A stretch of 64,000 nucleotides of DNA from the NCBI RefSeq assembly GCF_018977255.1, contig NW_024704742.1, positions 38,628,001-38,692,000 on the forward strand, written 5' to 3'. Shown here in pieces: positions 54,640-64,000 of this stretch. Source of the stretch: Callorhinchus milii (Eukaryota). Position 1 is the first letter of the stretch, and every line of letters starts with the position of its first letter. The position numbers and the translations under genes were made by a program. The notes under the pieces were generated by a model. That model saw only the letters and a list, made by a program, of their open reading frames with translations. It did no database searches and was not told the DNA's origin.

Positions 54640-55410
54640 CCATGCCTCGCATATTCTTCACTCCCACTCCCACTGCGTGGAAATGCTGGACTTCCTCGAG
54701 TCCAAAATCGAGAGAATCTGCTCAGCTGCCACTGACCTCCCAACTTCCACCTGCTCCCTACCCCCCACCCCACCCCCACACTCTGACCACTACCCATTCC
54801 TCCTTCCACACCTTTAAACCTGTCACCCCCTACTCTGTCATCACCACCATATCCTCCATGAACCCCACCACCTGCTCCCTGGACCCCATCCCCACCCCTC
54901 TCCTTAAATCTTAGCTCCACCTCCTTGCCCCACTACTCGCCGACATCATCAACCTCTCCCTGTCATCTGGCACTGTTCATACCCCCCTCAAAACAGCCAC
55001 TATCACCCCACCTTGAAGAAACCTTCCCTTGACCCGCTATCCCTATCCAGCTACCGGCATTCTCAAGGACCTTAGACAGTCAATTCACTTTACAATCTAT
55101 TCTGTGAAGCGCTTTGAGACGTCTAGAAGACGTGAAAAGCCCTACATCAAATGCAAGGATTATTATTATAATTATATACTGTGAAGCACTTTGAGATGTC
55201 TCACTCTTTCCTCTCCTCCCACTTCCTCCACATCCCTCCAATCAGGTTTCTGTGCTGCCCACAGCACGGAAACTGCTCTGGTCAAGGTCATAAATGACAT
55301 CCTGACCATGTGTGACCATAGCTCCCTGTGTCTCTTCGTCCTCCTTGACCTTGGGACGTCCTCCTGACATGAAAAGCGCTCTATAAATGTAATTTTGTTG
55401 TTGTTGTTGT
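54640..55410 (+). mobile_element. Rearranged L2 fragments with an embedded SINE-tail duplicate
   Basis: TTCSLDPIPT.LLK and QSGF..HSTETALVKV motifs; L2 tail 55350-55410. Confidence 0.8.
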
Positions 55411-58400
55411 CTATGCTGCCATGGGTAGGGGACACAGGCAAGGTGCCCAGGGCAAAGAGTGACCCCAAGGGTGATACCTTCACACCCTTAGAGTCATGGT
55501 GGTCCACAGTTTTACTTTGCAATTGCAATATTTCCCTGATGGTGATGGCTCTGAAGGTACAGAAGGTACTAGAATTTGTATTAATACAATAATAATCCTT
55601 TCATTTGTTATAGTGCCTTATCACATCATTGAAATGCCTCAAAGAGCATCACTACTGTAGGTGAATATACATATTGCCAGGGATTGTACTTGTTTATTAA
55701 GCTCGTGAGATTTGTTTGACTGAACCATGGCCTGGGAATAGATCGGAAATGCAAATGTAATCTACAATAATGAATTAATCTGGCAATGTATTGCACATGA
55801 CAGCACTAAGATATAAAATACGTTGAGTAAAAGAGTCTGAAAAGATTTTTGAAAGAAATAGAAGAGTTGCTGTTTGGTTTTGCTAGAACTGAACTGCAGC
55901 TCGATCAGATAAAGGGAGAAAGATTGTGCAATATGGACTCTCTCCAGCATGTCAAACATGCCCAGCCTTGCACCCGTATGACGTATGTTTTGTGCTTTTT
56001 GATTTTGTGTCCGACTGTAAAATTCCATCGAAAGAATAAAGCTCCCATTCCCAAGCCAGGAAGTAGGCTTTCCAAAGGTCCAGATTGTTGATCCCTGACC
56101 TCATGTTTTAGTGCAAGGACAAACTTTATTGATCCGACAAATTGCACCAATAAACATCTTGATCTGGGGATAAAAGTTAGAAGGAAGAACTTACATTGTT
56201 CCAGCTCTTTATCACATCTGCTTTTCCCTCTCCTCAAACCCAAATCAGAATTGGTTCCCCGCCCTGCCCGCCCCACCTTTGGTGGTCAGGCTCACCTCAT
56301 TCAAGGTCTGCCTCAATATCTTCCTCTTTGACTGCATTTTCGACCACCTTACTCCCCACCCTTAGCACGGGTCCAAACCTTAGAGTGTCCATCACCCTGG
56401 GGATATCCTCCCAATGTGAAAGGGGTTCCACAAATGTAAATTTGAATTGTATTGTGATTGGTTGCCAGATACTGTTTTAAAAATACATTTAAAAGTGTTT
56501 AAAATTAAAAAGCCCAAAATGTTTCATGGTTTTAGGCCTAAAACCATTATCTTGCAATTTGGGATCATGTGTAATTTGGGCTAATTCTAAATGCAGGCTT
56601 AATTTGCAGTCTTTTTAACAGCTGTGGAAATCCAGCTTCCAAATTTTAGATTTTTCCAAAATGCCAAAGGTTCTTAAATTTTAAGATAATCGCCTTAAAC
56701 CTAATAACATGAAGATGTTTTTCCCTTTCCTCCCCTTCCTTCTCCCCTTGGATGTGCTGATCCTTTAAGAAAAGAAATAAATGATCACATTCTGCGTAAT
56801 GAAATAACTACTCAGAATTATGGGTGTGTTGGAGCAGGGCAGGGGTTCAAACCTGAAATTGCTAACCTCACCCCCTGCTTCTGGCAAAACCTGTTTCAGA
56901 GCAGCCCTGAGAGATCCAGGATAAGGTCTCAAGGTGCTAGGTAGCTTGTAACACAGGGAGACCAAACAACAACAACCAAAATTTGCATTACAGTGCACTT
57001 CACCCAGGTCAGCATTTCGGAGAATTTAACAGTACTGGAGCCTGACACCGAGCCAGAGAGAGGGAGGAGGTGACCGTAGCACCAAGAGCTGAAAAGGGGC
57101 ATTGAAAAAGAATACTGTAGTTGTTGCGATTACTGATGCTACACAGACTCATTTGGCTTCCCTGAACATAAGCAGACTTTAAGATAGATCATAAGACATA
57201 GGCTGAATACAGTGCATAGCAACACTGAATGACTTTTTATGGAAACAGACATACTGGCCCTTACATCCTTATTAGTTATGGATTGAACTCCACACATAAT
57301 ATACACACATAGACACAATATGATCTAAAATGATATATATGCTGTAGGTATGATCTAAAATTATACCTTCAATTCAAAGCTTAGATTGTTTTTAAAAACC
57401 TATATTGCGTTTATAGAATCATAAAATGATAAAGTGTTTACAGCGCAGGAGGCCACTCAATCCATTGTCTGTGCTGGTGCTCACTTCCCCCACTTCAGCT
57501 ACCTTCGCTCATCCAATTCCCTTGCCCGTTCAGTGTTATTTTTATACAGTCATTCCAAGGCAGTAGATATCATGAGCCTGGCTCCACTGATTTAAGTCAA
57601 CACCTCAATCCCTCGGGTGTCTTACTAGCCTTGTAACATCCCACTCCAGACTCTGTTTTACCACATTTGGCGTCAACTCTTTATGAAATTGAAACTTTCT
57701 AAAATTCAAACAGGATTGTTTAGTGTGCGACTTGAGGAGGATTTAAGCCTACCAGGTTTGCATTACATTATCCGCAAAGATGTTGCTATAAATAATGTGG
57801 CCTCCTGGAAATTGTAAAATCAGTTAGACTGGTGATTTGTCACAGTGGATTAAAAGCAGCATCAGCCGTTGCTTACTTTTTCCACCGAGGCTGCAGTAAA
57901 TCACTAAATTGCTCAGTGTGTTCAACTAAAAATATTTTCAACAGCTTATTTTTCTTATTTTCTTGCTTCATTTGTTGCTTCCTTGTGAGTTTTTCTTTGC
58001 TGCTTCACTTTATTCTCTCCCTCCTTATCCCTCCCCTCATCGGCACCATCAGACCTCCGGTACCTCACTTGTCACATGTGAGCCATTTGTAATGGGCTAT
58101 AGGGACATCACGTCCTACAATGCAGACAGCCTTATTAGTGAGGGATTGAACTCCACATATTACGTACATGAGATCTAAAATGATACCTACATTTTCAATT
58201 TTAGATTTATTTTTAAATCCCATATTGCAATCATGGAATCACAGAATGATAACTTTACAAGATAGAAGGAGGCCATTCAATCCATTCTCTGTGCTGGTGC
58301 TCGCTCTCCCTTTCCCTTTAATGTCCTGTTCCAATATCTACACCCACATGCACTTTCACAAGTCATGAGGTAGCAATTGGTAACAGGAATACTGACTGAT

Positions 58401-58769
58401 TCCTCTCCTCCAATTCCTTAGTTCAGAGGTGCTGAGGCCTAAAATGAGGCACTTTATTATTGTCCATCTAACAAACTCAGAACTGGGCAGGGATGAAAGC
58501 TGGGTCTGCTTGTCTCAGTATCAGTGTGATACCAAATAAACAGGTGCCACAGTATCTCACATTTTCCAATTTCGTCTTCTCTGGCTCGCTTTGTGGGAGG
58601 ATGTTGATACAATAATGATGGTGGAAGGGCACCAGTGGGGGAAGAGACTGTTCCTGCTTGTCTTTGTATTCTCCATAACAGCTCACTGTGCAAGTGCACT
58701 AGTAGACATCCACACTGGGTCACGTTATCTGATGTGTAATTTAGCCTTGATAACTAAGAAAGCCAAAGA

Positions 58770-59210
58770 TTCAATCTATGCTGAGTTTGAATCAATCAAC
58801 GTGGAGGCACACTCCATCTCACAGAACCAGCGGGGAACCTCAGTGTCTTGCTCAACTTTCAACTGTCTTTTATATCCCTGCTCTGAACTGTTCAGCTTTC
58901 CCCAACTCCTCAACATTGTCCGCCTCTGCCACTATCTTTCCCCTCAGGCCAACAAGACCCTATCCATACTTTCATAACAACCACATTCTGTGACCTTCTT
59001 AAACCCTACCAACCTGTCCACTCTCTCCAATCAACAGGCACATACCCTGCTCCGCAGATCAAGCCCATTTTCAAATCACACTTGAAGACTTTCCTCTTTG
59101 CCCGTGCCTTTGATCACCACCCCTTCCTTTCTGGCTCGGCATCAAGCAATGCCACTATTAAGTGCTCTGAGACGATACCCGTGTGAAGGCACTATATAAA
59201 TGCAAGTTGT
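58770..59210 (+). mobile_element. Degraded L2 fragment
   Basis: Similarity to the other L2 copies; tail AAATGCAAGTTGTTG. Confidence 0.65.
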
Positions 59211-62059
59211 TGCTATGCTTCTTGTGATGATTGTCTGTCCTGAAATTGCCTTTTTACAACCCTGACCCAGTGTCCTCCTGTAATGCTGTATCAGTGCATC
59301 CAAAGAAATAGCTCTGACTAGTTTCTCAATCGCATTTAAAGAGGGCTGTAAACCTCCCATCGATCATTGAGCTTTGCTGGATTTCGGTCTGTACCCCAAT
59401 TCTTCCTGAGATGTCTGAACACCAACACCCACTCTCCAATTGCAAGTGAGCTATGTGTGAGTGGACACCAGGCTGCCGAGACTGCTCTTGGTGACCCTGT
59501 GGGTTATGTTACAAAATAACCTCATGGTTATTCCAGCTTCATGTCTGTTAGCTGAACCAAATAAGCAAACAGGAGCAGGTTACATGATTCACCAGAACTG
59601 GATGGTTATTAACCTTGAACCAGGTTCAATGGAATAGTACTGCTATTTTTTCTTAACTTTCTCTCTACAATAAACTGAACACATGCAAACAAAGGAGGCT
59701 TACACTGCACTTTCTCTCTCTTTCATACTTAACACTATACAGGTCATTGTTTTAAGCACATCATACCAGATCAGCAATAAGAAGGTATAGATTGAGGGTT
59801 ACTAAAAGAAGACAATTATTTTTCTCTTAGACTGATTTTCACACATGTCGTTTGAAGTTAGGGATGGTGATGGCAATGGTGGGAGTGACAGTGGAGAGAG
59901 ATGCTGAGGAGAGATGGTGGAGTGCAAGGGTGACACTCATTTTAACCTTGATATGTTACGCTGCTTTTCACCCTGAGATTTCCTTCCAACATTGCACTCC
60001 ACCTGTTTCTTCAGGCAGTATCTTTTCACTTAAGGATACAAATGCATCTCACCTGGCAGTGTAACCTGTTCAAAGAGGGTAGAGGCAAAGCTTGTCAATC
60101 ACACTAAGGACATCAGCAATCTGCAGCATCACATTGCTTTCAGTTTTCAGTCTTGACTCATTCTGGAGGGAACAGCTATTCTGACTCCAAAAACAATTCA
60201 GTCAAACTTGATGGAGTCAAGAAATCCAGGCATTTTGTGTTATGAAGTGCATATAAACATGGGCTTGCATCAGATAACATGAAAGGATCATTAAGTGTTT
60301 TTATGATATTAATATAGTGGAGCAGTCAGCACGAGCAAAGACATGATGGGCTGAACGGCCTCCTTCTGTGCTGTAAACTTTCCATGCTTTATAAAGTACG
60401 TGAGTAGGAATGTAGGAACAGGAGCCAGCCAATCAGACCATCAATCATAGGATATTTTCCCACTTTAAACCATATCGCATAATCCCATAATCTTCCTTTG
60501 AAACATCCCAATTGATTCTACCCAGTCCCAGGAATTCCAGGAAAAAGATTAACAGAAGATTAACATAGAAGAGTTCACAGAAAGTCAGGTTCTTTGTTAA
60601 TAAGTACTATTTACCTCGCCCAGGAGAGTGCATGAATTAGCACATTGTTGTGCATGAGTTTGGGGTAAGAAGGCTTCTCACTCACTGCTTCTTGCTCTGG
60701 ATTTTCTCAAATTACTGCATTCAACCCCTGCAGTTTAACCATTTCAATAGTTGCTTTACTCATTATATGTTCCCAATAAGTGACTTCAGGTTAGTGCTTC
60801 GAATAAGAACGCATGATTTGCTTACAGTATTTTGACTAACTCCTTGATTAAATATACACACAAACGTACACATTAGCTAACATATTGTGGATAAATGTTT
60901 CCTGTTAGTGCTCGCTTTTATTAATGGATAATGCTTTGAGTAGTGACTTACCCTTGAAAGAGTTCATTTTTTCATTGAATGAATTGCATTCATTGAATTC
61001 ATTGAATGAATTGCATTCAGAAAGAGAGAGAAGGTGTCCTCATGGGGCAAACTCTGGGCCTTACTGACTGAATTTACTGATAAATGTAAATTGTAATCAA
61101 TTGCTGTCCCTCGACACTCATGAATGCTGAGGCCAATTATACATCTCCCAACAGCAGCCTGGATGAGATCTGAGGCTCAAAACCTCTTATGATCATAGTC
61201 TTAAAGATCATTCTTTAAAATCTAAGATTCTGCAGAATTTTGGAATACCCTTAAATTCAGTCTTGATTTGAAAGCCAGTTCTTATTACGAACTATGGAAA
61301 ATTGGCTTAAAATTCTAAATAATTATCTTATGAAATTCTGCATTTTTCATCTCAAGTTTTTATTCACTGGTTTCAAAGGAACGTTTTTTTTATTTGAACA
61401 GTAACATGTATCAGTCCTTTCTTGCTGATGCCAAATTCATGACGTTCTTAGCAAAGAGTTACTGTTTCTTGTCTTGCGGTTGCGACTGCTGTTTGTTGGT
61501 TTGAGTGGGAAAGCCTGAAGCTGCTATTTGAATCTGTTCTTCATTTTTCGTCTCCCAACTTCACCCCAAAAGATACAACAAGAATAAAAGAAGACCAATC
61601 TGAGGTCATATGCCTCCACATGCCATATGGGGAATTGTCAGTGGCATTGGATTGGCAGGAAGGGATTACTGGCTGAAAGCAGGAATCTTGCAATGGTAAG
61701 AAGTGAAATCATTTTAATTTACTCTATGCAGTGGTAATGAAATCTTCCTACATCTGTCACTGAAAATCAAAATCAGGCACATATTGATAGGAAAAACGCC
61801 CTGCCATCTCTGAAGCCCTTGTGCTGGGCTACCTCAGTGTTGTGCAGCTCTAGGAAGTAAATGAATTACGCCAAACCCACTCCACCTCCATGTTCTCAGT
61901 GAAGCTCACCATATTGATGTAGTCCAGCACAAGGGTTTCAGACCTGGCAAGCCATTTGTCCTATCAGTACAATTACAGGGTTTTTTGGAGCAAACACTGT
62001 TTGCATTACAGGCATCTCTAGGTGGTAAACGTCCTGGAGAATATTTTAGACATCAACGT

Positions 62060-62545
62060 ACAACAACAAAAAATTGCATTTATCTACTGCCTTTCATGTC
62101 GGGAGGACGTTCCAAGGTACTGGACAATGAGGGCTTTGCACCCGAGCTGTGGGTTGGGATCAGAGAGAGTTAAAGGGAAAGTGGGGGTGGAGGACGGAAT
62201 ATGACCTAAGGAATGATTGAAAAGGAAGGTCTTGAGATAGGCCTTGAAGGAGGCAATGGAGGGGGCAAGGTGGAGGGGCTCCAGGATGGAGTTCCAGAGA
62301 TGGGAGCGGAAAGGCTGAAGGACTGACCGCCGTTAATGGAGCAGGCAAGGCGGGGGACGTGGAGCAGACCAGTGTCTATAAAGTGGAGGGGACAGACAGG
62401 TTGGTGAAGTTTTAATAGGTCTCAGAGGTAATGAGAAGCAAGACCATGGAGGGCTTTAAAGGTGAGAATGAGGTTCTTGAACTCAATTCCTCTGGGGGAT
62501 ACGGAGCCAGTGAAGCCGGGTGAGGATGGGGATGATCGGCTCACG
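62060..62545 (-). mobile_element. L2 3' fragment
   Basis: CAACAACAAAAA tail, 3'UTR and LHWL/IEFK-like region. Confidence 0.8.
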
Positions 62546-64000
62546 AAGCTTAGTACCTTGGAAGTCCAGCCAACATTGTCAAGTTCTTTAAGACATCATC
62601 CCAATGTAAGTGTTAATTTTATAGTATTGTATAAAGACCTCTGTTCAGAAATTGCAACACAAGCAATTTTGCAGAGAAATTCCACCAGGGTCTAGATATA
62701 CTCTAGTTGTGAAGCATTTCAGTGCATCCAGAATTTGTCTAATTCTTAAAAACAGAAATGCACTCTCAAAGTAAAGACTGAATTCAGGAATTTGCCAAAT
62801 TATGGATGTTCGAAAATGCCTCATAAATGGAATAAATCTAGACTTGGAAGACATCCGTCCTGGTTTGCTGGGGGCAGAGTAGAGGGAGCTTCACTCTACC
62901 ACTAGCTGTACTGTTTCTTACCTGGGAATCGATGATGGATGTCTGAAATGGGAAGACATCCATTTATTGGCAGTGACTTTTTTTTCAAACAAAGTATCAT
63001 ATTATTCATCCAAACACATGAATGATGAGCTACTGCATTGATCTTGGGCGAATTGCTTTGCTGGTTGTTAGTCAAGGTCACACAAGCTGTCACATGAGCC
63101 AAGTTGTCACTATTGTATTTCCAGCTGATGGAAGGAATGGTAATCGTATCTGACTGTAAGCTGCTGCTCTTTATCTCTTAGACTTAGTGATGTTATCACA
63201 TATCATAGATACCTCAGCTGTTGCCATCTGCTGACTCTAAGGATCAAATTACCTTGGAGATGGATTCAGGGTGTTTTGCAAAGTAACACTGTTCAGCCCT
63301 GAGAGGCGTGAGTTTGTATCATGATAGGATCAGATATTTTTGACTCATCTGAGGTTACTGGGTACATGACACCTGTTCCAACAACAAGGCGGAACTCAGT
63401 GATGTTGCACAGGAACAGAGTACTTCGCTTTGAGGGAGGTGGAGAGAGATTTTAATAATAATACTCGGATTTGATATAGACCTCTATCACATCGTCAAAC
63501 CATTTCAAAGTACGACAATTCCAGTGGACCAGAAATTCACAGGTCCTGCTTGGTTGGTTGGTCATTGAACACTGCAAAAGAACATAAATGAAGTGGGTGG
63601 TGAGAAAAATAAACATATTATTAAAAGAGTGAAAGGCACATGGAACAAACAAGCAGCATGAGACATTAAATACATCTCCCTGGTGTCAGGACTTTCAACT
63701 CACAGCACCTCCAGGCTGATACCTCAATGTAGTGCTGGGATACAATTTCCATCTGTCTGTAATGGAGTATGCCTTCTGTCTCTGGAGGGATACAGCTGCT
63801 CACTAATCCTCCATTGCAGAGCAGCAACCTGGGCAAAGGTAGCACCTTTAGGAGAAGAGAGGAGATGATTGAAGGGGGAGAAACATCACAGACCTGAACA
63901 ATTCTGGAAATTCTCAACAGTTTGAAAGATAAGTTAAAGCTTCAAGCTTCTGTCACAAAACCGTCCTTGGGTTTGGGCAAGTTCTACCCGACTGTCTTAC

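Noticed and set aside
48500..64000. ETNPPL 3' coding exons
   Set aside because: No aminotransferase C-terminal motifs (e.g. VLKIKPPM) recognised within the window.

Overview
Vertebrate genomic window, very probably a cartilaginous fish (likely a chimaera/elephant shark), inferred from the repeat landscape: L2 LINEs with (TTG)n tails, tRNA-derived L2-tailed SINEs, Deu-domain SINEs, CR1 and Penelope remnants. Three intact spliced protein-coding genes can be assembled by hand with GT-AG junctions and continuous frames. (1) HNRNPD/AUF1 (+; 7 coding exons 12027-17798, 368 aa) with a 107-nt 3'UTR NMD cassette exon. (2) A 101-aa VAMP8-like R-SNARE (-; 32937-22814) with VAMP8 exon architecture but in a non-VAMP8 neighbourhood. 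(3) OSTC/DC2 (+; 4 exons 42198-48305, 149 aa). Notable non-genic structures: a TSD-flanked ~470-bp Penelope-like element with 74-bp inverted repeats and a minimal hammerhead ribozyme motif; a candidate non-autonomous Helitron with a nested L2; a polarised two-unit 27-bp GC-rich minisatellite in OSTC intron 1; a 23-bp satellite with higher-order structure; several local duplications. No recognisable coding exons in 1-11.5 kb or 48.5-64 kb. All calls are by eye, with no database searches; repeat boundaries are approximate.
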